DNA of 64,000 bases, taken from positions 43,710,001 through 43,774,000 of the forward strand of contig NC_043009.1 in assembly GCF_006345805.1 (NCBI RefSeq), given 5' to 3'. The position numbers and the translations under genes were made by a program. Positions 11,549-25,264 of the stretch are shown piece by piece; position 1 is the stretch's first letter; each line of letters begins with the position of its first letter. The notes under the pieces are model-generated. The model had not been told where the DNA came from. It was given only the letters and a program-made list of their open reading frames with translations, and searched no databases. This DNA comes from Octopus sinensis (lineage: Eukaryota).

Positions 11549-11689
11549 TATTGTTGTTGTAGTAGTGGTTGTTGTTGCTGTTGTTGTTCTTGTTCTTGTT
11601 CTTGTTCTTGTTCTTGTTCTTGTTCTTCTTGTTCTTCTTGTTCTTCTTGTTCTTCTTTTTCTTCTTCTTCTTCTTTACTACCGTCGCAC

Positions 11690-11840
11690 GATTACTCATT
11701 TTGCCGGCCGAGTGGACTGGAGCAACGTGAAATGAAGTGTTTTTCCTCAAGAACACAATGCGTTGCCCGGTCTAGGAATCGAAACCACAATCTTACGATC
11801 ACGAGTCCAACACTTTAGCCACTAAGTCACACGCCTCCAC
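11690..11840 (-). mobile_element. Family C SINE head fragment
   Basis: Minus strand GTGGAGGCGTGTGACTTAGTGG...GGTTTCGATTCC, collinear with the 24700-24962 copy. Confidence 0.8.
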
Positions 11841-12299
11841 AATATATATGTACTGGAGTCGCTTCATTCAGCTAAAAATCCTTCAAGGTGGTGCCACAGC
11901 ATGACCGCAATCTAATGACTGAAACAAGTAAAAGATAAAAGATGATACTAATCAAACGCCCATTATTCTCTGAAAGTTACTAATGGTCTTAGACTTATTT
12001 CCGTCGTTGTCTAAAAAGAAGATATTTTATAGCGCTTCTCATTTCAATAAGGAGGCTTATATACAATAAGGTTTCTGAGATAAAATTTTGTACAATACTA
12101 CACCAAATCCTGCAAAGCTTAAGAATAGACTTATAAGTATTTTGTAATATAATCCAATTTTTAGTTTAAATGTAAGAAGAAATATCACAAAAGAATTCGT
12201 AAATCTCATTTGTTTTTTTCTTTCCGCCAAATCAGATCGTACAAGACCTTTAACAGAAGCAAAGTCAGTTATTATTGATGCTATTTAAAAAAAATTTTT

Positions 12300-13765
12300 T
12301 TTTTATCTAGTTTCAGCTCACAAGCTGTGGCCATGCTGGGGCACCGCCATTTGGTGTTGCTACATGATTTTACTTCACGAATGCTTTTTAGCAATTGCCA
12401 TTTGGTGCATGAGAGAGTTCGATGCAGCTGCCCTTATCTGCACCTCCTGCCGTGAAGTTGGTTCATCTGGGACACCTGACAAGAAGAGATCCAGTTTTAT
12501 TTTAAAGACATCTGCATCCACCCCATGCAGGTCTCTTAGGTTCTTCGGGAGGATATTGAAGAGATGTGGGCCTCGGAAGCCCAGGCTATCACAGTATCTT
12601 GTCCTACATCTTGATGGCAAATTTGAAGTCCTTGGCACTATGCAGTGGCGCCCAGTTCTGGCATTTGTGTAACTCTCGATGCCAAAGTTTGGGACAAGTC
12701 CTTCTAGGATCTTCCAGATGTATATTATGGTATTTCTTTCTCGCCTACGCTTTAAGGAATAGAGTCTCAATCTCTTGAGTCTTTCCCAATAGCTTATATG
12801 CTGCACAGAGGCTATCTTCTTCGTGTAGCTTCGTTGGATCGCCTCAAGTTCTGTGATTAACTTGACACTGAGAGCAATAGTCAAAGTGGCTTAGGACAAG
12901 TGTCCTCCAGAGGACCATCATGGTTTCCTGGTCTCTTGTTCTAAAGGTTCTAAGAATCCATCCGGTCAGCCGCCTACATTTCATTGCCAATTTAGCAACA
13001 TGCACATGAAAGGTTGCATCATCACTCATGTAAATGCCCAGGTCTCGCACTGATTGTGCCTCTGGGATTGCAATCCCTCCAGGTCCAGTGTATTTATTGG
13101 GTATTGCATTTAGTTTTGCATGCTGATAGCATAAAGCTTGAAACTTTTCAGCATTGAACTGCATGCTATTCTTTTCAGCCCTCTTGTATATTTTGTCCAG
13201 CTCACATTGCAGGTGCTTAGTGTCTTCAGGGTTCTGTATTGCCTGTGAAACTTTTGTATCATCTGCATAACTTGTGATCGTGGCTCTCTGCGTGGCTGAG
13301 GGCATGTCTGAGAGGGCCATTATGAACAGTAGTGGTCCCAAAACAGTGCCTTGAGGAACACCGCTCACTATTTGCGTGTTAATGGAAGTGACCCCATTGG
13401 CTACTACCACCTGACTCCTATCCTTCAGAAAGTCTGAAGCCATTCTCCCAATTTCCAACTATGCCAAGATCACGCAGTTTGTGAACATATCATTCCATGA
13501 TCGACTTTATCAAAGGCCTTTGCAAAGTCGAGATATATCACTTCCACATTTGAATGGTTGAGCAGTCGTTTCAGCACCCAGTCATAGTGTTGTAGGAGCT
13601 GAGTTAAGCAGCTTCTTCCTGGTCGGAAACCATGTTGGGTGTCAGGCAGCAAGTCATTTTCTTCAAGGAAGGTGATTAGTTTCCTTCTGGTTATTCGTTC
13701 CATGACCTTGCTGATGTGTGAGGTCAGAGAGATAGGTCTGTAGTTCTTGGCCTCCGCTCTGCTAC
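12300..13765 (-). mobile_element. 5'-truncated CR1/L2-group LINE ORF2 (RT core to 3' tail), frameshifted
   Basis: NYRPISLTS, QHGFRPGRSC, LDFAKAFDKVDH, GVPQGTVLGPLLF, YADDT, RDLGI, LYSLKRRRER across ORFs 13470-13703, 12844-13458 and 12375-12884; 3' tail at 12310-12348. Confidence 0.95.
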
Positions 13766-13908
13766 ATGTTTTGTTTGCTTAATCAATTAACCTCCTCCAA
13801 TGCGAAAAACAATAGTTGCTCCCAAAACAAAATGCACAAAAGGCATTGCAACAACAACAACAACAACAACAGCAGCAGCAGCAACAACAACACCAACAAC
13901 AACAAAAA

Positions 13909-13943
<35 letters not shown>

Positions 13944-15213
13944 GCAGCAGCAGCAGCAACATTATACATCTTTCGTGTAATTGTAATGGTTGGAACAACT
14001 GCCCACTAAACAGCATGTTCGTCTGTCGGAGCGACGAGGACTCTCTAGTGATCCTTAAGAACTCCTGATGACTTTATTTAAAGTGCAGAAGAGCTGCACA
14101 TCGTCAACCTTACTCTTTCCTATGTGACCATCTTCAGACCAGAAGCAAAATCTGATCAAAACGACTGGAGCGGAAGATATATATTGTGGATGACCAAGAT
14201 CTTTTACTTGCCTCGTCTGGCTCTCTTCACGCCACAATGCGTTACTGCAGTCGCCTTTCTCTCTGTTAAACCACGAAGAATTCTACCGCTACGTGCACCA
14301 AATCCTGTCTTCACATGCATATTTAGGCAAGCCCTACTGTGCTAATTAATTCATAGTTGCGCCCCTGACAGGTGTTACTTCTCTGGGTCAGAGTAAACCT
14401 GAGAAGAATAGCGGCTATGAATTGGTTCCACAATTCTCAGAACCCTGAAACTCTTAAGCCAGTACCCCAATGAAATTTGAAGTTATACTCAGGATACATA
14501 CATATATACATAAATACATACATATACATTACAAGTGCAATCTGTGAGTGGAACAGTAAAAATATGCTAGACTTTACTCAAGTTCCAAATGTGAATTTGT
14601 CTGTGTTAACTTCATCTCAAAAATGGGGCCTTGTATCTCTGTTAGAAACCAGATCCCTCCTCAGTGCAAATTTATGATAATTAAAATAGAGAAGAGACAT
14701 ATACATACACTCATATATACAAACAGACAGACAGATAAACAGATAGACAAACGAACATACAGATATATATGTATGTGTGTGTGTGTTTATATATATGTGC
14801 GTACGTGTAGAAGTATGTATGGATTTATGAATATAGATTACACGTATATACATGCATACATACATACACACATATATATATATGTAAACGTACACATATA
14901 CCTTGTTTACTAGGATGAAATATGTTCACTCTTTCAAGTACATTATTTTCTTAAAATGTAATCCTTAGAAGTTTTGGTTTTGTTGCTGAATGGTTGAAAA
15001 GCCCACACATTGCTATTCATTTAATAATTTACATGAAGCACGACCGTTTACGTCCTGCCAAATGACACCTAATTCTGAATTATATATACATACATACATA
15101 CATATGTATATATATGAATAAATATATGTATACATATGTATTTATATACATATATACATATATTCATTTATATATATGCATATAAGAATAAATACATATA
15201 TAAATACATATAC

Positions 15214-15259
<46 letters not shown>

Positions 15260-15368
15260 ATATATATATATATATATGAATATATATTGCATATAAGAAT
15301 ACATACATATATACATTAATATATATATATATATATATATATGAATATGTATATGCATATAAGGTGTT

Positions 15369-15404
<36 letters not shown>

Positions 15405-15868
15405 TATATATATATATGAATATATATATATGCATATATGTATATATGTGTATTATATGTATGTATGTATATATACATATATATATATACATAGATTTAC
15501 ACACATATGTATGATTGTGTATATTTTTAGATGTGTGTGTATATATGTATAAATATATCTGTGTGTGTGCATGTGTGTGTGTGTGCGCGCATGTGTCTCT
15601 TCATTAGTACACAAAAAAAAACTGAATTAAGACATATTTGATAAGATCAACGAAAATATAGGATATGTTTAACAATAAAAAACATTGGATTTATAACAAC
15701 AACAACAACAACAACAAAAACAGTAAACAGTTTGAGCCAAATGAAAAACAAGCACAATTAAAAAAAAAAGATGGTAGTGGGTGACTTTGAAAGATAATGT
15801 CTATTAAACATTATAGAATGACATAAGTGAAGATGCTGAAAAACGAAAAGTTTTAGGTGATGACGATG

Positions 15869-15921
<53 letters not shown>

Positions 15922-16013
15922 AGTGATGATGAAGATGAGGAGGAGGAGAAGGATGTGGGGGAGATGGGAGAGGAGGTAGAGGTTAGTGGTGGTAGTAGTA
16001 GTTGTGGTAGTAG

Positions 16014-16070
<57 letters not shown>

Positions 16071-16077
16071 ATTATTA

Positions 16078-16511
16078 AAAGCAGCGAACTGGCAGAATTG
16101 TTAGCATGCCGGATAAAATGCTTAGCAGTATTTCGCTCGTCGTTACGTGCTGAGTTCAAATTCCGCCGAGGTCGACTTTGCCTTTCATCCTTACGGGGTC
16201 GATAAATTAAGTACCAGTGAAACACTGGGGTCGATGTAATTGACTAGTCCCCTCCCACCAAATTTCAGGCCTTCTGCCTCCAGTAGAAAGGATTATTAAG
16301 GTAGCGAGTTGGCAGAATCGTTAGCATGCGGGGCGAAATGCTTAGCGATATTTAGTCCGTGGCCTATGTTCTGAGTTCAAATTCCGGCAGGACGACTTCG
16401 CCGTTTATCTTTTCGTGATCGATAAATTAAGTACCAGTGAAACACTGGGGTCGATGTAATTGACTAGACCCCACCCACCAAATTTCGGGCCTTGTGCCTT
16501 CAGTAGAAAGG

Positions 16512-16515
<4 letters not shown>
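16078..16515 (+). mobile_element. Two head-to-tail family B SINEs with (ATT)n tails
   Basis: Units about 16078-16295 and 16298-16515, each ending AGTAGAAAGGATTATT. Confidence 0.9.
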
Positions 16516-16561
<46 letters not shown>

Positions 16562-16562
<1 letters not shown>

Positions 16563-17103
16563 GAGTGAGAGAGCAGTTCATGCCATCAGTGACACTGGGG
16601 TAAATATACGAAGCCCAATATACCCATCATGACTACCCGTCTGATAAAGGTACACCAGGCACATGCATCACAACCATATGTGCGCGACATGGTGATCTCA
16701 TATCAAGATAAACAGCACATGACCTTGCAGGTGGGGCCCAGTTAGAATTTTCTTCAGGTTGAGTAGCCCATCATCCCGCTCAAACGGTCCCTGAATAAGG
16801 GTTGTTTAAGGATGTTGAAAGAACCACCCATGTTTCCAGAGGTGACCTATTCAAACCCCAAAGAATCCCTCTCACACATGGCTATGATGCTCCCCCACTA
16901 CTTCGCTCGTGATCAGATGCACATATCGTCAGCCACTAAGGGACATGTTCAACTGTTAAGGTCAAACAACTGACAAGCAATCTGTGGTATTGAGCAGAAT
17001 ATTTGCTGTAGCCCATCTTTTATACCAAGACACAAACAATGTACATGATAACGCTTCCAATCAGTTAAGATCAGAAGCCATGAGAGCCACTGCCTGGTAC
17101 TGC
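16562..17103 (-). mobile_element. ~540-bp non-coding retroposon-like repeat, copy 1, within (TAA)n
   Basis: Collinear with 17143-17680; ends CTCTCTCACTCAATAATAAT on the minus strand; no ORF. Confidence 0.7.
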
Positions 17104-17142
<39 letters not shown>

Positions 17143-17143
<1 letters not shown>

Positions 17144-17725
17144 GAGTGAGAGAGCAGTGCATGCCATCAAAGTGACACTGGAGTAAAATATACGAAGCCC
17201 AGTATACCCATCATGACTACCCGTCTGATAAGGGTACAATAGGCACATGCATCACAATCATATGTGCGCGATATGGTAATCTCATATCAAGATAAACAGC
17301 GCATGACCTTGCAGGTTTGGCTCAGTTAGAATTTTCTTCTGGTCAAGTGGCCCATCTCGCTCAAAAGGTCCCTGAATAAGGGTTGTTTAAGGGTGTTGAA
17401 CGAACAACCCATGTTTCCAAACCTCCAAGAATTCCTTTCAACACATAGTGATGATGCTCCCCCACTACTTCTGCACATTGTCAGAGATGCACATATCGTT
17501 TGCCACTAAGGGACATGGTCAACTGGTTATGGTCAAACATCTGACAAGCAAATCTGTGGTATTGAGCAGAATATTTACTATAACCCATCTTTTATATTAA
17601 GACAAAACAATGTACATAATAACACTTCCATCAGTTAAGATCAGAAGCCATGAGAGCCACTGTGTGGTACTGCATCAGGACATGGTACTGGATTAGGGCA
17701 TGGTACTGTATCAGGGCAAAGGTAC
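17143..17725 (-). mobile_element. ~540-bp repeat, copy 2, with four ~18-bp tandem repeats at its 5' end
   Basis: GGTACTG...AGGGCA units at about 17660-17730; (ATT)n on both sides. Confidence 0.7.
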
Positions 17726-17729
17726 TGTA

Positions 17730-17792
<63 letters not shown>

Positions 17793-18353
17793 GTCCTTCG
17801 TCTTCTTTGTTCTATGCTTGCTGATGTGTCATTCATGTAAAGAAAGAATTCTTCTGCGGTATCAACCATTTCTGTCAGTGATTCCACAAAATCGTTTGTT
17901 TCCAGCAAATAAATATCTCCGTGTATTCCTATCTCCATGTATTACCTTCTATCTTTTATTTGTTTTAGTTATAAGACCATGGCCATGCTGGAGCACAGCC
18001 TTGCAGGGTGAAACTGAACATATCACCCCCAGTATTTATTTCGAAAACTGGTACTTATTCTCCCGGTTCTTTTGCGAAGACGGGAATGTAAACAAAGCAG
18101 CATCGGTTCTGAAAGACCTAGTGGGTACTAGCACAAATACAACCCACTTCCTCAAAATGAAAGCAGTCAAGTTGCATAACGCAACTCGTACATGCACTAT
18201 GTCGGCAAAAAGTAAAGAAAACAGGCTGGTCAGGCTGGAACGCCTTTGCTAGAGATTTCAGAGAACTACACCAATACACAAGCGTATTTCAGATTTTACA
18301 CACCACACACACACACCACACAAACGAACATATATATATATATTATATATATA

Positions 18354-18389
<36 letters not shown>

Positions 18390-18400
18390 TTATATATATA

Positions 18401-18548
18401 AGGCGTAGGAGTGGCTGTGTGGTAAGTAGTTTGCTTACCAAGCAAATGCTTCCGGGTTCAGTGCCACGCAGTGGGACTTTTGGCAAGTGTCAAAGCCTTG
18501 TGAGTGGATTTAGTGGACGGAAACTGAAAGATGCCCATCGTATATATG

Positions 18549-18581
<33 letters not shown>

Positions 18582-18775
18582 TTGTGTGTCTGTGTCCCCC
18601 CAACATCGGTTGACAACCAATGCTGGTGTGTTAACGTCCCTGTAACCTAGCGGTTCGGCAAAGGAGACCGATAGAATAAGTACTAGACATACAAAGAATA
18701 AGTCCTGGGGTCGATTTGCTCGACTAACGGCGGTGCTCCAGCATGGCCACAGTCAAATGACTGAAACAAGCAAGA
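18401..18775 (+). mobile_element. Family A SINE
   Basis: AGGCGTAGGAGTGGCTGTGTGG head through CAGTCAAATGACTGAAACAAG tail. Confidence 0.9.
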
Positions 18776-19944
18776 GTGTTGCCTATCAAATCCACTCACA
18801 AGTCTTTGGTCAGTCCGAGGCTATAGTAGAAGACACTTGCCCAAGGTGCCACACAGTGGGACTGAACCTGGAACCATGTGACTGGGAAGCAAGCTTCTTG
18901 CCACGCAGCCACGCCTGCGCCTATGTATGTATGTATGTATGTATGTATGTATGTATGTATGTATGTATGTATGTATGTATGTATGTATGTATCTATCTAC
19001 GTATGTATGTATGTATGTACGTATGTATGTTCGTATGAGTGTATAAATGTATATACACACGTACATAAAACATTCAGACATTATTGTGATGAACAAAAGA
19101 ACGAAACAATAGCTAAGTTATTGTTAACATATTTATTGTTTGTTTTCAGTGTGTGTGTGTGTGTGTATGTGTGTATGTGTGTATGTGTGTATATGTGTGT
19201 GTGTGTAAATTCCAACTACACACGTGAACAATTAGCACTCGGTGAACTTTGAAAAAACATTAAAGTACTTGGTGAAACCCCAGCACACAATTCCAGTTAA
19301 GGTGCAGTATAGACTTATGGGACTTTCGATCACGTGACGATAAGGGAGCATGCATAGACTGCTTGAATAGGCCGAGCACTTGTTTATCAGGCGATGCAGG
19401 TTCCAGTCTCTCCTTGTAATTAAAATTTTCTCGTTGACAAAGCTGAAGTAAGACTGCTTATGTGGCCAGTAGACTAGCTAGAAATAGCAACCAAATCACA
19501 TTCAAACAATATTTTTTTTTCGAAGAAAGAATATTGTATGATGTATTCTGGTCTATTCTTTTATATTTTACTTGTTTCAGTCATTAGAGTGTGGCCATGC
19601 TGGGGCACCAACTTGAAGAAGTTTTGTCGAATGAATCTACTCCAGTGCTTACATTTAAAAAAAAATCTAATACATATTTTATTGGTGTTTTAGGTGAACC
19701 GCTAAGTTACGGGGGACATAAAGACACCAACACCGATTGTCAAGCTGTGTCTGTGTGGGGGACAAACAAAGACACATACACACACGCACACATCTTTAAT
19801 CTTTTATTTGTTTCAGTCATTAGACTGTGGCCATGCTGGGGCACCGACTTAATTATTGGTTTAAGCCTTGTGCTTATTCTATAGGTCTCCTTTTGCCGTT
19901 TATCCTTACAATATTATGTGAAGAATATATATAAGTGTGAGCGT

Positions 19945-20510
19945 TATATATATGCGTGTATTCTTTTATTCTTTTATATGTTTCAGTCCAATGACCGTGG
20001 CCATGCTGGAGCACCGCCATTGTAATCATCTTTCCACTTTCCATCTTTGTCGGAACGGCTTTTTGGTGAAGGATGGAGTTCGATGCTACTGCCCTCTTTT
20101 GAGTTTCTTGCTTAGATATTGGCTCATCCGGGATCTCGGCGAGCCAGAGGTCAAGTTCACGTCTGAAAACGTCTACATCCACTCCATGGAGGCTCCTCAG
20201 ATGCTTCGGCAGACAGTTAAACAGCTGTGAGCCCTTGAAACCCAAGCTATTGCAGTACATCGTCCTTGCCCGAGATGAAGCAGTCGGCACAGTGACGTCC
20301 TGTGGTCTGGTATAGCTCTTTATTCCAAAGTTTGGTACCAATCCTTCCAGTATCTTCCATATATATATCACTGCATACCTCTCCTGCCTTCGTTCCAGGA
20401 AATAGAGTCGCAGCTCTTTCAATCTGTCCCAGTAGCTCAGTTGTTCCATTGATGCAATTTTCTTTGTGTAATCTCGTTGAACTGCTTCAAGCTCTGCTAT
20501 CGTCCTTGTA
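19945..20510 (-). mobile_element. 3' fragment of a related CR1/L2-group LINE
   Basis: ELEAVQRDYTKKIASMEQLSYWDRLKELRLYFLERRQER...; 3' tail GGCGGTGCTCCAGCATGGCC at 19980-20018 with (AAAAGAAT)n. Confidence 0.9.
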
Positions 20511-20584
20511 GTATGTGTTCATTGATTTATTTTTGCTTGATAATTAACTGTTTCTCTCCCTCTTTTTCTCTCTGCAGCATTCTT

Positions 20585-20630
20585 ACACACACACACACAC
20601 ATACACACATACACACACACACGCACACGC

Positions 20631-20661
<31 letters not shown>

Positions 20662-21954
20662 TATCAATTATTAATTAGTTCTTCCCTCTTTACATTACAC
20701 ATGCACATAGATACACAAAGGCACGTAGTTAAAGTTAAGTTTGTATATACATATATACATTCATATATATTTGCATATTTGTGTTTATCTGTATGTATAC
20801 ATGCATACATACAAACATACATACATACATACATACATACATACATACATACATACATACATGTGTGTATGTGTGTCTGTGTGTGTCTGTATATATGCGT
20901 ATACGCGCATTTATATATACATGTTAAATAAACGCGTGAATTGGAATTAATAAATTAAATATTAATATGTAATTAGGTATAAAATAATAATAATATAATT
21001 GATAAATTCAGTACGACACTGAGACGTACAGTCTTAATATATATGTACACCGTGGAGGCGCAATGGCCCAGTGGTTAGGGCAGCGGACTCGCGGTCGTGG
21101 AATGGCGGTTTCGATTCCCAGACCGGGCGTTGTGAGTGTTTATTGAGCGAAAACACCTAAAATTCACGTGGTAGCGAACCCTGCTGTATTCTTCCACCAC
21201 AACTTTCTCTCATTCTTTCTTTCTGTTTCTGTTGTACCTGTAATTTCAAAGGGCCAGCCTTGTCGCACTCCGTGTCACGCTGAATCACCCCGAGAACTAC
21301 GTAAAGGTTACACGTGTCTGTGGAGTGCTTAGTTACTTGCACGTTAATTTCACGGATCAACTGAAACCCTCGTCGTCGTAACCGACAGATTACCACGATA
21401 TGTACACATATTATTGACACACCACACACACACCACATATATATATGTGGTGTGTGTATATGTGTTTGTGAATATTTATATATTACATCTCCGCCGAAAT
21501 TCCTTCTTTCCTACAAACGTTGGCCTATAAATGTTCAAAAGAAGCAATAATGTCATCAGTCTTTTACTAGTCTCCGAGAACCTGCAAAAGCTATGGGCTT
21601 TGTCCCTTCTTCCAGACCCAGCAAAAAAACAAAAAAAGCTAAATATGATAATAATTTAAATTATAGGGACCAGCATGATGGTGGGGTTAAGAAGCTCGCT
21701 TTGTAACCAAGTGGTTGCGGGTTCAGTTCCACGCGGTGTCCTCTACTATAACCCCACTCACTAGCCAACCAATGTCTTGCGTGTGAATTTGGTAAACGGA
21801 AACTGCGTGGAGGCCCGCGAAAGTTTAAGTCGTATGGAACAGAATCAAACTGTTTCAAATAATACATTTGACTTCTACTAATTATGTTGAGTGCCTTTTT
21901 GTTTCTTTATTCCCCACTCATATATATATATATATTATATATAAACAACACACA

Positions 21955-21986
<32 letters not shown>

Positions 21987-22718
21987 TCAATTATTAATTA
22001 GTTCTTCCCTCTTTACATTACACATGCACATAGATACACAAAGGCACGTAGTTAAAGTTAAGTTTGTATATACATATATACATTCATATATATTTGCATA
22101 TTTGTGTTTATCTGTATGTATACATGCATACATACAAACATACATACATACATACATACATACATACATGTGTGTATGTGTGTCTGTGTGTGTCTGTATA
22201 TATGCGTATACGCGCATTTATATATACTGTTAAATAACGCGTGAATGGAATTAATAATTAAATATTAATATGTATTAGGTATAAAATAATAATAATATAT
22301 TGATAAATTCAGTACGACACTGAGACGTACAGTCTTAATATATATGACACACCCGTGGAGGCGCAATGGCCCAGTGTTTGGGCAGCGGACTCGCGGTCGT
22401 GGAATGGCGGTTTCGATTCCCAGACCGGGCGTTGTGAGTGTTTATTGAGCGAAAACACCTAAAATTCACGTGGTACGAACCCTGCTGTATTCTTCCACCA
22501 CAACTTTCTCTCATTCTTTCTTTCTGTTTCTGTTGTACCTGTAATTTCAAAGGGCCAGCCTTGTCGCACTCCGTGTCACGCTGAATCACCCCGAGAACTA
22601 CGTAAAGGTTACACGTGTCTGTGGAGTGCTTAGTTACTTGCACGTTAATTTCACGGATCAACTGAAACCCTCGTCGTCGTAACCGACAGATTACCACGAT
22701 ATGTACACATATATATTG

Positions 22719-22750
<32 letters not shown>

Positions 22751-23247
22751 GTGTGTGTGTATATGTGTTTGTGAATATTTATATATATACATCTCCGCCG
22801 AAATTCCTTCTTTCCTACAAACGTTGGCCTATAAATGCTCAAAAGAAGCAATAATGTCATCAGTCTTTTACTAGTCTCCGAGAACCTGCAAAAGCTATGG
22901 GCTTTGTCCCTTCTTCCAGACCCAGCAAAAAAACAAAAAAAGCTAAATATGATAATAATTTAAATTATAGGGACCAGCATGATGGTGGGGTTAAGAAGCT
23001 CGCTTTGTAACCAAGTGGTTGCGGGTTCAGTTCCACGCGGTGTCCTCTACTATAACCCCACTCACTAGCCAACCAATGTCTTGCGTGTGAATTTGGTAAA
23101 CGGAAACTGCGTGGAGGCCCGCGAAAGTTTAAGTCGTATGGAACAGAATCAAACTGTTTCAAATAATACATTTGACTTCTACTAATTATGTTGAGTGCCT
23201 TTTTGTTTCTTTATTCCCCACTCATATATATATATATATATATAAAC

Positions 23248-23288
<41 letters not shown>
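20585..23288. repeat. ~1.32-kb tandem duplication bounded by (CA)n tracts
   Basis: ATATCAATTATTAATTAG starts at 20661 and 21984 (period 1323); both copies end TAAACAACACAC. Confidence 0.95.
21050..21405 (+). mobile_element. Family C SINE with alternative tail (duplicated at about 22355-22700)
   Basis: GTGGAGGCGCAATGGCCCAGTGGTTAGG...GGTTTCGATTCCC head; 3' part unlike the 9459 and 34737 copies. Confidence 0.85.
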
Positions 23289-23293
<5 letters not shown>

Positions 23294-23865
23294 TATTCTT
23301 TTATTCTTTTACTTGTTTCAGTTATGTGACTGCGACCATGCTGGAGCACCGTCTTTAGTCGAACAAATCGATCCCAGGAGTTATTCTTTGTAAGCTTGGT
23401 GCTTATTCCATCGGTCCCTTTTGCCAAACTGCTAAGTTATGGGGACATAAACACACCAACATCGGTTATCAAACGATGGTGGCGGGGGACAAACACAGAC
23501 ACACAAATACATACTCCCACAAATACACACACACACACACACATATATATATATGTACGATGGGCTTCTCTCAGTTTCCGTCTACCAAATCTACTCACAA
23601 GGCTATAGTAGAAGACACTTGCCCAAGGTGCCACGAACGATGTGGTTGGGAACCATGTGATGGGAAGCAAGCTTCTTACCACGTAGCCACTCCTACGCTT
23701 ATTGTGTATATATGCGTGTGAGTATACATACATATATATATATATATAATATATATATAATAATATATATATATATATATATATACATATTTATATATAT
23801 TATATATATTATATATATATATATAATAATATATGTATATATAATATATATATATATATCTCTTT

Positions 23866-23914
<49 letters not shown>

Positions 23915-24571
23915 CACACACATAAGCAGGTGTATATATTAATATCTGATAGGCGATGTATGTATAAAATTATTGTTTTTAATATAGAGTTATAGACGGC
24001 AGTTTAGAGAGGAAGAAGTTAGTCGATGTCAGTTCTTCACTGGTGCTTTTTTTTCATGGCTCCCGAAAGAACGAACGGCAAAATTGAACCCAGCTACGAT
24101 TCGAAATTAAAACACCATTAAGATGTATTTCTTCCGACGCTCTAGCGATTCTCCTTGTCTATCACTCTCCTTTTTCATTATTGACTCAGAAGGTCCTTCT
24201 CTCCTTTCTTTTCTGTCTATCATTCCCCTCTCTGCATCTCCCCTTCCTTCTCTCTCCCTACCCCTCTCCTATTCAAATCGTTCCTTTCCATTACATTCCC
24301 AACAATCGATGTCCATCTTGTTGACAACGTTTCTTTCTCACACTTAAAGACCGGGTCAAGGGTCATGTCAACAAGCAAGCTTTCTGAAAAGTCAAAGCAA
24401 CTATTCAGTTACTCCCTGCTATTGTAAAAAGGTTTTATAAACAAACAAAAGCTAGTGGAAGCTTTCAACAAGAAAAGAAAATTGTATCTTTTTATCTTTG
24501 TTTCAGTCACTAGAGTCCAGTCATGCTGTAAGGGGGTAGGTGGGGAATGAACGACTTTAAGGGTTTAGTCC

Positions 24572-25264
24572 TATCGTTCCCCACCATTTTTTTTGCATAT
24601 GGACCCCTTTGATTGCTATTTTATTTTGGCGGACCCCATAGCCCTTCTATGTTTAAAAGCTACTTTTGTTAAAAACTACTTTTAAAGTTTTTAAACATAA
24701 TAAAATAAATAAATGCGCCCTTTTTAAAGCCTAGCCAGGCTCATGGGTCCGGTTTCCCGTTTTCAATGGCGTATGAGTTCCCCAGCTGGACGGGACACCA
24801 ATCCATCGCAGCGTTACTCATTTTTGCCAGCTGAGTGGACTGGAGCAACGTGAAATGATGTGTTTTGCTCAAGAACACAACGCGTCGCCCGGTCCAGGAA
24901 TTGAAACCACAACCTTGCGATCATGATGCTGACACCCTAACCACTAAGCCACGCGCCTCCACAGTTTTTAAACATACTTCTTTCAAAATTTCTATTTGCT
25001 TTTTCTCATGTTCATTTGTGTGAGGTTTGCAATCGCCAATTTCGGAGAGAATATGTTTCAGTAACAGGAGACATGTTGAATTATGTTAAATGTTAGAGAA
25101 AAATAAAACCTAAATGTTTCTTGCAAAATGTCGGTTACAACATCTTTTCATTGACCCTTAAAATACTACTGTGGGTCCACAATTTACTATTTTGCCTGCG
25201 TGGATCCCCCAAAATCTTATATGAACCCACCGGGGATCATATGGATCCCGGTTATAAATCACTG
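24572..25264 (-). mobile_element. hAT-type MITE interrupted by a SINE
   Basis: Reverse complement aligns with 10485-10832 and 46730-47219; 5' TIR CAGTGATTTATAACC ends at 25264. Confidence 0.7.
24700..24962 (-). mobile_element. Complete family C SINE with 14-bp TSD
   Basis: AGTTTTTAAACATA at 24686-24699 and 24963-24976; V-like GCTGCGATGGATTGGTGTCCCGTCCAG; (TTTA)n tail. Confidence 0.9.

Noticed and set aside
14086-14112. CTGATGA followed by a short hairpin
   Set aside because: No correctly placed GAAA or helix III.
21050-21130. tRNA-like sequences (also 9459, 22355, 34737, 24890-24962)
   Set aside because: A and B boxes are present, but they run into SINE bodies and lack a clean cloverleaf; these are SINE heads, not tRNA genes.
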